A stretch of 62,606 nt of DNA, filler included, from Dicyema japonicum (Eukaryota; Animalia; Dicyemida): NCBI GenBank assembly GCA_011109175.1. It is 5 parts of 5 records of this genome, joined end to end, with 100 filler letters (N's around TTAATTAATTAA, not from the genome) between each part and the next. Parts side by side here need not be neighbours in the genome. Positions count along the whole stretch, not along the records: positions 49,765 to 54,070 come from RDEW01000152.1; positions 54,171 to 56,841 come from RDEW01000355.1; positions 56,942 to 62,606 come from RDEW01000289.1; 2 more parts are not named here. The stretch is one strand, 5' to 3'. Shown here piece after piece: positions 52,101 through 62,606 of the stretch. A program made the translations under genes and the position numbers. The notes below the pieces were generated by a model. It was not told the DNA's origin, did not search any database, and worked only from the letters and a program-made list of their open reading frames with translations. The stretch's first letter is position 1, and every line of letters begins with the position of its first letter.

Positions 52101-52479
52101 TTTACAACCTATAGGTGTTGACGACAAATCACCTATTTGAATGTCATAAATTAGCACAATGTTCGTCTACAATGCCGGGATTGACCGATCTATGGGAGCG
52201 ACCAACATCTGCTGCGTCATACTTAATAGCTGCTGGCCTCCTACAAGTTTTGTGAGGCTGGGGTTACCTAAATTATTAACTAATTGCTGAGTGGTATTTT
52301 TTTATATTTTCCGACGATACCCACAACATCAGATAATATCATTTTCAGTGATGGGACAATCACTTACTCTCCAATCGTATGGGAACAGACTGTTTTCACG
52401 ACTAATTCAGATATTTTATAAATTTCCAGTCCTTCTAAAAATCAATATTGATTGAGGTAGTGACGTCACTCTCTGTCTC

Positions 52480-53520
52480 GAACCACTATGAACGAATGAA
52501 TTATTACTTTTAATGTGAGAGGAATCAGTTCTTAAATATGAAAAAGCAGCTTTTCCAAAATCTACAGAATTACGGAGTGGCTGTTGAATGCTTTCAGGAA
52601 CTAAAGTATCCACCCAACTGGATGAAGACAATGGGGAATACAAATTTCTGTTTCTGGGACTGTAGGCACTATGGATGGGCTTTGTGGAGCATAAAAGCAT
52701 TGCGATGTAATATCAATGACAGGATTTGCATAATCCAGATTATCAATAAATTAGCAGAAATAAATTAATAAATGTTAATGCTGGGTATAACTGCGAATAA
52801 TCCAGATTTAATTGACCCATTCTACACTGTGATGTCTTCGATTCTCAAAGATATTTATGGATGTCACTATGTTTTTATTGCTGGAGGTCGGAACTCGAAA
52901 GTTGGAAGACGCGTAATAGTGAATTCATTGATAGTCACGACAGAGGCAAAAGAAACGCCAAAGGAGATGCTCTTCCTGACTTTTATACTGCAGCTGGGCT
53001 CTCATATAAAATTCTACTTTCAAACACAGCAAAACATATGACCACTTTGATTGGTCAGAGGAAAAGATGAGACTTACAATCAGATAGACTATTATGCAAA
53101 GGAATGTTATTCACAATCATATGCAGAAATATTGGTCTCAAATGATCACAAAGCAGTCATTTCTCATTTAAAAGTAACCAACCACGGAGCAATTACAAAT
53201 CACATAAATATCATAACACGAGGATTTTGGTTGAATCATTGAACACAAATGCTAACATTCGGAAAAGATTTATGGAAAGCATTAACAGCCATATTTTTAG
53301 ATTACTTGAAACCTGTAACCCTACCAAAATTGGAGTGGATTTTCGGGCCGAATTAGGAGTGCAGCCTTGAGTTTATTAAAGGTCGTCTCAATAAGACCCA
53401 CAACGAACATTATATATAAGGAAATTCAAGAATTGTCAAGAATACAAAGGAAAATGCTAAATGAAGCTTAAAACGAAGAATTAAAGAAAAGAAGGGAACT
53501 ACAGAGGGCTCTTATGCTAT
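52480..53520 (+). mobile_element. RTE 5' (APE) fragment
   Basis: TFNVRG, KKQL...CFQELK, DCRHYG (as at 35.17 kb), NSKVG, NQIDY, SNDHK. Confidence 0.7.
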
Positions 53521-53544
53521 ACGACAATATTTAATTAACAAAGC

Positions 53545-54070
53545 CATCCATCTAAAGTGGTCCCCGTCGACATTATTGACGTTACGTTGCCTCTCACAAT
53601 TTCTCTAAAGATCAACTGCAGAAGCTACCTGGTCTCACGTGCGTCTTGGCTTTTTGGTGTAGCTAGGCGTCCAAGTTTCTTTAGGAAGCGAACGATTTTC
53701 CACTTATTCTTCCAGTTGTCTCGACCACAATGGGATAGAACGCAAATCGGTAGCATAGTGCTTCGTATTTCTTCTCCTTTGCCATCATCGTTTTATTCCG
53801 TGGCATGGAGTGTGTCTACCGCGCTCCCGACAATGTTGGATGGGCAAAAGGAATCAACAGAGGTAGCGTCCTAGACCAAAGGTGTCTTCTCTTCGAATCG
53901 GAAAACTGTTATTCTGTCAGGACGTTTCCGTCTCCTCTGTCAAGCCAACAGGTTCAACTATGGCGGGGTATCCCGCAGAGTCCAGGGCTCGCTTGACAAT
54001 TCCGTTAATCACCTTATGTCTTGGGAATCGTATTGCACTTCTTCGACAAGAAAGGGCATGGTGTCCATAA
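53545..54070 (-). mobile_element. CRE-clade RLE and 3' end
   Basis: GHHALSCRRSAIRFPRH...EPVGL...KRPD...DATSVDS...VRGN. Confidence 0.85.
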
Positions 54071-54170
54071 NNNNNNNNNNNNNNNNNNNNNNNNNNNNNN
54101 NNNNNNNNNNNNNNTTAATTAATTAANNNNNNNNNNNNNNNNNNNNNNNNNNNNNNNNNNNNNNNNNNNN

Positions 54171-55090
54171 TTCTATTCGTCGTATACCTGGAAGCGGCAT
54201 TGAGAGCTCTTAACAAAATGTGAAGGATGCATCCCGATGGAGATTATTTATGCAGATGACAGATTTTGTGTCAGAAAATGATCTGGTACTTGGACTTGCC
54301 TTAAAGAAAATCCCTGGAGAATTTAAGAATTGGTCTCTGCGAGTTAATCAGAAAAGACTGAACACACAAGAATCATAAGGGAATCAAAATATATTGATGA
54401 AAATTGGAGGCAAAAAAGGAAATTGTGATCCGTACTTGGTGATAGTGAGGACATGATGTATAGAAGAGTTCTAGCCACTGCCATGTATAAGAAAATGCAG
54501 AAGATATGGAGTCGACGAAAACTAATAAAAACAAATCTAAGAATAAGACTATACAACTCATATATAAAACCGATGCTTATTAACAACTCGGGTACATGGG
54601 GGGTCACAGAGCTAGAGCTCAAGAAAATGGATATTTTTCATCGCAAACAATTACGCAATTTAATGGGCCTAGGTTGGCCCAAGAAGATTTCAAACAAGAA
54701 ATTATACTTTGTGGCACAATCGAGGCCAATAAGCACATTATTAAATCAAAGTGGAGACTGTTCGGCACGTGCTCAGAATGGACATAAACGCTTCTGCAAA
54801 TATAATAATGGACAATTACTTCAACAATGAGATCAAACCATCATTCAGAGGAAGACCCAGAGTCACTCTACCCGTGGCTCTGAACAAGGATCTTAATGGG
54901 ATTAGAAGAAATCTTAAATCTGCAAATGACCTAGAAGATCTAAGGACGGATGCGCAAAGCAGAGGGCGATGGAGACGCCTAGTGAAGCAGATTGTGGAAC
55001 GTGTGGCACAAACGGGACCTTAGTCAATATAACGTTCTTTGGTTCGGTGAATGTTCTTTTTAATACTAATAATACTGGGTCAGTAAATAA
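54171..55090 (+). mobile_element. RTE 3' half
   Basis: FVVYLEAALR, IIYADD, RLYNSYIKP, GRPRVTLP...W. Confidence 0.85.
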
Positions 55091-55479
55091 TAATTCCCTA
55101 TCTGATCAAATTGTCCAAAAAGGCACTCGGTGTCAAAATGACAACAAAAAGATCACTTTGTTTCCCTCTCTTCACTCGGCCATTGGTTTTAGCCAATGTA
55201 AGAACTGGATGTTTCTTTTATTTCCTCGTGTTCTGAATGGACTTGTGTAGTCGGAGAAAATTGTCTCTCGAGACCATGGGAACTGGATACACTTGAAGTG
55301 TTATTAACTCAGATTTCGCTTTCTATAAAAGTAATAAATAAGTTTTTAATCAAAAAGTTCATAATTTAAGCTTGAAGACATAACTCTAAGCGACCTTCGA
55401 GTTAAATCAACTTTCATGAGTGGAACTCTATGGTGCGGATATCACCTTACTAAGATGTAAAAGATGTTTGTGATCTTTC

Positions 55480-56400
55480 AACTTATCTCGGAACTCCAAG
55501 ACCCGACTCGAACCCCCAGGATTTTGAGATTGACCTGGATTTGCGGCATACTTTCAAATGTTACCCAAGTTATGGTCATAAATCAAATTACACCGAAAAT
55601 TCCCAAAGAACTTGAAATTAGTAAACTCTATCACTTTATACTCACAAACGGATATAATTACAAGCACTAGTGTCTTCATGCGGCATGGAGGTTGTCCATG
55701 CGCCTACTTAATTATCAGTGTCAAATTTCTACATTATTGATGCTGACCTTGAGTATGCACTTTCACACGATAAACAATGAAGCACATTGAGGCCACCTAC
55801 ACTCTTGGAATTATGGGAGAAGACAAATCAACCAAATTATAATTTCTTATTTTTTTGAGTCAGGTATATCTTTTTCAGACTCATTGAGCTCCTTTCCCTT
55901 CTTCAGATTATTGTTTCTTGACCAGAAACAGGTAACTTACAACATAGAGTCTAGGATTCTCTTCCGCCAGTAGTTGACACAACTTAAGCCTGAATGGGAA
56001 AGTCACCAGCGATAACGTGTATCATTGTATGCATTTGTCTCTTAGGTAGAGAGTTGAAGATATGGTATCTAATACTTAGATATTTACGATTATATTAAAT
56101 TATGCATAATTCTAATTTATATTACAGAAATGCAAAAGCAATTTCACTGACCGAGTGGTGCCACAAAGCTATTATATTGAAGATTTCTTATCATTTTTCT
56201 AGTGACGTCATCGGATCTATTTAACCCATTAGACGTTCAATGCCTTGTCAGTGTCCATCTCTTCATTTCACAAGAGACTATTTCGCCTGACCTCAGCTTT
56301 CCGGACAACATCCTCTTGATCCCGGTGCTTGGATGAGGTGCTACTGGAATGCGTCAAGATCATGGGATTAGTTAGTTTTACCCTTGGTCTTATAATTTAA
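55480..56400 (+). mobile_element. Decayed LINE 3' half
   Basis: PRILRLT-DLRHTF post-RT motif; 3' UTR resembles those at 31430-31470 and 18590-18630. Confidence 0.45.
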
Positions 56401-56480
56401 TTTCAAGTTGAATTGGTCGGTTGTACTAAATGTCCAGTTTTCTTTGTGATAAATGAAACTTATGTTGTTAGCGTGATGTC

Positions 56481-58050
56481 ATGTGGCTCACCAGAAATGG
56501 TGTCACCCATTTCCAAAAAGGAACGAAAAGAGCCAACAGCTTCTCCCCACCGTCTGGTGGTCCGTCAACTCGTGTGTCTTTCGACTCTATCTGGTGTCGC
56601 CTTTTGTCCAGACTTCTGATTCTTTTATGTGGAGACGTCGAAACCAATCCTGGGCCATGGAGAGATTTGACAATTATAAAACTGAATACGAATGGGATCA
56701 GGAGGAAAATCTTTGAACTCCGGCACTCCTCCGCGAAAATGGGCTGATCTCGCTTTAATACAGGAGTCCAAGCTATCTCCCTCCATACCAACACCTCTTT
56801 TCCCGGATACACAGTGATCCGTAATGATCGTCAAGGAGGACNNNNNNNNNNNNNNNNNNNNNNNNNNNNNNNNNNNNNNNNNNNNTTAATTAATTAANNN
56901 NNNNNNNNNNNNNNNNNNNNNNNNNNNNNNNNNNNNNNNNNTTTACTCCAGTTGATCTCTGTTGCAGTCGTGAGAGGCAACGCAACGTCGATAATGTCGG
57001 CGGGTCCACTTTGGATGGATGGCAGTTTTAAATATGCTTTACTGGGATAAATTAACTGTTTTCATCAATTGCATATATCTTTCATGTTTCTTGGATATGG
57101 TTCTCAAACCATCTTACTTCATTGTTTGAGACACATAAGACCTCTTTGTTTACTGTATCATTCTACAAAGTTAAAAAATTATTCGAAAGCAGATTGATTT
57201 GGTTTCAAGAGTATGTGGACGACAGACTATCCGATTTAGATGTGAAAAGGTTTCAATCGAAAGGTGACAAAGATGGTGTAGTCAGTGATTTCAGATGGTG
57301 ATGGGATCTTTTTCTTTTATTCATATACAGCAACTTTTACCCGAGGTTGTCTTCATGGGCTTTGGCGTTCATCAAAAAACGAGATGTTTTGAGGAAGAAC
57401 CTGAAGCAATTTGAAGACTCTATCACCTTTAAGTTTCTACAATTCAAGAATATTGTTACTAATTTGAGTTAATTACAGGCAAAAGTGGTACAGTTTCGTG
57501 AAGATTAAGCCATAAACATTACCTTAAGCACCTAAGCCTTTGGGGAAGATCGTGTCAACGGACCTTTATAATCTATCAGTCAATTTACATATAATTACGA
57601 ATATCAAGAAAAAATCACTGATTACGTCAATTCTAAAACCAGGTATACCGAAGCATAATCCATCATCCACCACTATAACTTGCAACGTGTCAAAAGTACT
57701 AGAAGGTCTTATTTTGATGCTAATCTCCCTGCTCTACCAATTCTTACTTTTAGCATAACTTTAGAGAGGGCGATCTATCGCGACTCTCTTGGAATCTGTC
57801 TTCCAATTCATCACGGAAGACTTTAGTGAGAAAACTCACTACAAACAAAATCGACATACAGAAGGCCTTCGACTCTTTCGAGGCCACTCTGGACTAAGAA
57901 GATCTTCATGTAAAATATACATCTGAACATAAAACTATGGATCGAGAATTTTTTTGGCCACGTGGTAGAGTTTGTGTTGAAAAAAACTTATACGCTAAGC
58001 CATATAGCTCTGTTAATGGAACAAATCAAGGTCGCATTTACTTCCTAACG
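56481..58050 (+). mobile_element. I/Ingi-like LINE with intact 2A/StopGo motif, APE and RT pieces (spans an assembly linker)
   Basis: ATG 56481, LLILLCGDVETNPGP (GDVETNPGP at 56631-56657), IIKLNTNGI, LIQESKL..FPGY..RNDR. After the gap: NYSKAD and LYNLS..ILKPG. Continuity across the gap is unproven. Confidence 0.75.
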
Positions 58051-58419
58051 AAGATTCTGAAATCAAATTCAGTTAGGCCCGAAGTCGTAACACATCGAGT
58101 GGAGTGATAATTGAGGATAAAAATATTGTGCCACATTTGATTATGACTTTTGAAAAATTAATAACCAGTGTCTTCTTTAAGAAAACTAAACTTTATAAAA
58201 ACGACATTAAAACATCACAAACTTTTCCACGTTAGGAACACAAACTTTTCTGTACATTTAGTTCATTGAGTCAACCATAAACTAATTTCAACGATTGGTG
58301 GTGGACAACTATGCGAGAACACATCTTGAAAAATTAGTGACATTCAATCAGAAACCATTCAAGTAATATAAAAAATTCACTGACTATGGTGACCCCCTCA
58401 GGTCTTTATCCACTGAAAC

Positions 58420-59030
58420 TCGCGGGGATCTCCTGATTGTGTAGAAATCCGATTCCCTAGACGACTCAAGAATTCTAGCGTCACAGGCGCAAAGGAATCA
58501 GACGTCTTAACGGCGTGGAATGGAAAAAAAATCCATGGGTAGGACCGCGTACTTTTCCCATTTCAACTCTCAGCATTCTTAACGACAGAACAGGCTCCAC
58601 GTTAGAAGGGGCGAATGTTTCGGTGCAGATGACGTCCCAGACAAGAGGTTTCGCGGCTTCAAAAAGATGGTCATCCATCAGGTCGTTTCCCGTCATGCCT
58701 GCAAAGACCGACTGGTTCGAGTATGGAGGGGTGTTCTGCTGCATCCAAAGCTCGTCTAACGACTTCGTTTAACTCCATGAATCTGGGAGATCTGCCTGCA
58801 CTCTTCTTGCAGGAAAGAGGGTGTAGGCTAAAACAGTCGATCCGATCCCCGCGTGGGCACAGATGCGGCACAAAGACATTTAATCCCAGTCATAATGATA
58901 TCCCAATACGGACGCATTCATCATCCGAAAAGGTACCCATAACTCCATTGGGAATGACGTTAAATCAGGCACCGCTCTCGGAAGACGTGAAGATATTCAA
59001 CAAACAGTTTTTAAGATATAGGTTTCCTAC
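58420..59030 (-). mobile_element. CRE-clade RLE fragment
   Basis: LSCKKSAGRSPR...EPVGLCRHDGKRPDG...PLVWDVICTETFAPS. Confidence 0.85.
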
Positions 59031-59769
59031 TCATAATATGTCACGCGCACAATGCGCATCCATGCGCGGAGCGAATATGTCATATTTGCATAAAATAAAT
59101 ATAATTTTAAAATAGCTCAATAAATCCAGCTTTATGTTATCAATTAATGTGATCGTTGACAACTATCTGCCTAAATTAATATCCGTTAATACGTCATGAC
59201 GACGTAAAACCGCAAAACTATTTCAATTAGCTAAGTGAAATACAGTCCGACTCCGCCAAAGCCAAACCCCACCCTCGGATTTAGGGGTATTTTGTGAATC
59301 ATGCCTATTTTAAGTATTAATTTCCAATTTTTTTAAAATCCCCTACTTAACAAAAAAGAAATTTTTTGCGGGAATCTATTGCATACAATTGCTGTAGAAG
59401 TAGAGCAAAAGAAATTTGTTATTGAAAATATACACCTTAAAAAATGGACATCCAGGTCGAGATAGACTACTTTCACTTCTTAAAGATCTTTTTATGGATC
59501 GTGCATGAATAAAGTCATGTCAGTTCTTAAATCCTGTCCTCAATGTCGTGCAAGACAACTATGAATACCATCGACATCTAGTTGTTCTAACAGTTCAAAA
59601 TTGAATTTATATACACTTTTTGACCTAATTAATTTTAAAAAGATAAACAAATTAAATTAATTACTAAAATTAAAATAATCATTTTTTATTATATATTAAA
59701 TGACATTTACATTGGTTAACCATTATTTATTAATTTTTAATAACGTGCGCATCAACGTGCTTATGGGAA

Positions 59770-60600
59770 AATCAGTTCGTCGTTCTTATAAAGATTCTTA
59801 TTTGTCATTTGGATTTATATGCAAAGATAAAATAAACTACCTCAATGTCTAATTTGCATGGAAGTCTTGGCATATGATGCTGGTTCTTAGCAAACTTTAC
59901 AGACATTTTACATCCAAGCATCCGGACTATTCCCAATCTGTGGATTATTTTATCCATTTGAAAAAACAACACAAATATTATTTAGTTTTCACTATGAATC
60001 GTAGATCTACTCAAATGATGTTCAGTGAAACTTTTGTAAACGAAAACTTGATAATCCCTGCTTGTCGTATTATTGTTGCTTCTCGTTTCTTGTCGGATTT
60101 GTACTTTGCAAAGAATATAGAAAATAATGTCTCATTTTCTATTAAAGAAACTCGCTTTTCATTACAACTTGATGAATCCACGGATATTTCAGGAATAGCA
60201 CATTTGTTGACATATATACGATTTGTTTATTCTGGGAAAATTACAGAACAATTCTTGTTTTGTAAGCCTCTTTTAACTACTACTCGAGCAATTGACATGT
60301 TAACGACATTAAACGATTATTTCAATATCAATAATATTTCATTTGCCAATTGTTTAGATTCTAAAAATTCGATGAAAAACTTCACAAAATATGAAAGAAA
60401 ATTTAAATGCCACTGATTATTTATCTATTCAGTTTGACAAATCAGCTGATGTTGAAGGATTATCATTATTATTAGTTTTTTTTCGTTATTTGTTTGGTTC
60501 TACACTGCGAGAAGATTTTTTGTTTTGTTAATCTCTTGAAAAAACACAACTGGTCGAGAAATTTTCAAGATAATTTCTCGGGATTTATTGGGGAAAATGT
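59770..60600 (+). mobile_element. Buster/ZBED8-like hAT transposase fragments (two related pieces)
   Basis: PQCLICMEVL, FSLQLDESTDISG..LLTYIRF..EQFLFC, then FSIQFDKSADVEGLS..EDFLFC. Confidence 0.8.
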
Positions 60601-60779
60601 TCTAATGTTTTTGAAGAAATGATATTTCCGTATTTAAAATAGGAGAGATTGTCTTTAATTACAGTTATACAATTCATTCATCAACGAAAAAAATACCTTT
60701 CTATATTTTTACGGGTGTGGATGGTAGTGTAAAAAAAGTTTAACAATTAACAGTAGAATATCGAGACAGGGAACTAATA

Positions 60780-61050
60780 ATAGAGAGAAGCTTTCGAAAA
60801 CCTGGTGAATGCATCCGAAAAGATGGTTGGAATTTTGGAAGTTATATTGACTTCATAAAAGACATTGTTCGGGATTATAATAGATCATACCACCATACAA
60901 CAAGACAGCGTCCTTTTGAGATTTTGTACAACGTCAATCTGGAGATAAAATACAATAATGAAAAAATAGAATCGTTAATAAATCTCGCCGGCGAGGATGA
61001 AGAGTCAATAGAATTTTCTTCCTTAAATAATTTAGAAGAATAAAAAAGGA
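60780..61050 (+). mobile_element. Ginger-like integrase C-terminal fragment
   Basis: IDFIKDIVRDYNRSYHHTTRQRPFEILY. Confidence 0.5.
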
Positions 61051-61564
61051 AAAACTGATCGCAGTAAATACAGAAATAATCAAATAGTGGAGAGCAATCC
61101 ATATTTATAGGTTACCAAAAAATATATAGATGATAGAAATTTCGATAACAGGGTTCAACACTATATGATGAATTCAATAATATATATATAATATTGAATA
61201 ATATGTATAATAATACGACAGAAAATACAATAAAATAGAAAAACACACAACCAACCACAAGAACGTGGCACCTGCACGTTAATTGATATTCAAATGTATT
61301 AAATGGTTCGCCATATTGTAATACAATTTTTTAAAATAAATAAATATTAAATTAATATAAAGATTTTCTTCCTTGACGTTCAATGTTTGAGGGCTCTCCA
61401 TTATATTTAAAGAAGAAAACTTCAAGATACAAAATATCGTTCGGATCTCTTTAAGAAAAAAACTTAACAATTGTTTAGAACAACGTGGTTTTCAGGCTAA
61501 TTCTTAAGAAGAACAACGTGGTGATTGACTATTCCCTCTCAGGATGGCGATCGAAATAACAGCA

Positions 61565-61740
61565 GCTCTCGGGGATCTCCTGATCGTGTAGAAATCCGGT
61601 TACCTAAACCACGCAAGTATTCCAGCGTCGCAGGTGGAAGGGACCTATACGTCTAAACAGCGAATGGAACAAACAAAAAATTCTCGTATAGGACCTCGTA
61701 CTCTGTCCGTTTTAGCCTCTCGGACTTCTCAGCGGAAGTC
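61565..61740 (-). mobile_element. CRE-clade extreme 3' fragment
   Basis: Nucleotide similarity to 58420-58600; FLFVPFAV...LGNRISTRSGDPRE. Confidence 0.7.
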
Positions 61741-62329
61741 TAGATTATAAACCATGTTCCAAACATTAGAAAAAGGTAATATTGTCATTCCAATCATAAT
61801 TAATAGTGTAAATTTAAAGGAATTTAATTGTAACTATGACTAACTTTAATCAGAATGAGGTCTCCATTATGGCCTGCAGGCATTTAGCACTCAATGAGAG
61901 TTTATACTGCTGTCCATGATAAAACATCAGAATAAACCACAAGTGGATCCTGAAACAAAAAGAGGATAATAGAAAAAAAGTAGAAAATTTCAGCGAAAAA
62001 TTTCCAAGATTTTCGATTTGAATTATAAAATGGTCGATAGTTAATAAATTCAACAAATCAGAACGGGTAATATCTAAAAAGGAGAAAAATAGATCTAAAT
62101 TTGACCATAGCCAAAAAATATTTGTTCTCCTGGATTGATGAAAATTATCTTAATTTGGTTGATGTACGATTAGCATTTATGATGAGTTCAATATATTGAT
62201 TAGCAAATCAACGATTGTTAGTCGAGTGGTTGACACTTCTCTAATAATGTCAATGTCTTTATCGTACTCAGTCTGTCTATTCTACCTCGTGGACGTGCGA
62301 GGAGGAAAGTTAAATAAAGAGAACTGCTA

Positions 62330-62500
62330 GAACGGATCTGCAGTATAGCATTATAAAATGTATCCTCGAATAACAAAACCTGAATGTATCAGCAGCTCGG
62401 AATTATAGATTTAAAAAGAAGGCTGAAAACTTCCATTTGATAGACAGAAATCTGTATCTAGAAGATTCGTTATCTAATCATAAGCTCGTTCTCCTCAACC
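62330..62500 (+). mobile_element. Ginger-like integrase N-terminal fragment
   Basis: RNYRFKKKAENFHLIDRNLYLEDSLSNHKLV, parallel to GRLYLKDTYGNHKIV at 4.19 kb. Confidence 0.4.
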
Positions 62501-62606
62501 AACACAGATCGGGGGTAGATTCGTTAGACGTGCCAGTTTGCCAATTAGGGAATTGATCTTGAATGAATTTGATATCGAAGCTCCATAGGCCCATGAGGCA
62601 CAAGCA

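Noticed and set aside
59241-59260. TA-CAGTCCGACTCCG pogo-like terminus
   Set aside because: No partner TIR or transposase found in the window.

Overview
AT-rich eukaryotic (animal-like) genomic scaffold; no prokaryotic features, rRNA or CRISPR seen. Most of the window is decayed transposons: CRE-clade and R4/NeSL-like RLE non-LTR elements, RTE elements, I/Ingi-like APE LINEs (two with 2A/StopGo-like peptides), hAT, Tc1 and Ginger-like integrase remnants. A small host-gene island at 26.9-32.1 kb holds a LIV-1/ZIP metal transporter, a Golgi carbohydrate sulfotransferase with one in-frame TGA, and a divergent intron-containing histone H3. Pseudogenes include a HIPK/DYRK-like kinase, a probable Venus-flytrap receptor split by a full-length hAT, and a Thr-rich gene pair. 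Inferred host introns are tiny (21-33 nt, one GC-AG). Metazoan-type genes plus miniature introns suggest a reduced animal parasite such as a myxozoan or dicyemid (inference only). N-gaps, stop-codon linkers and short near-identical duplications show the assembly is fragmented. All family calls come from reading motifs by eye, not from database searches.
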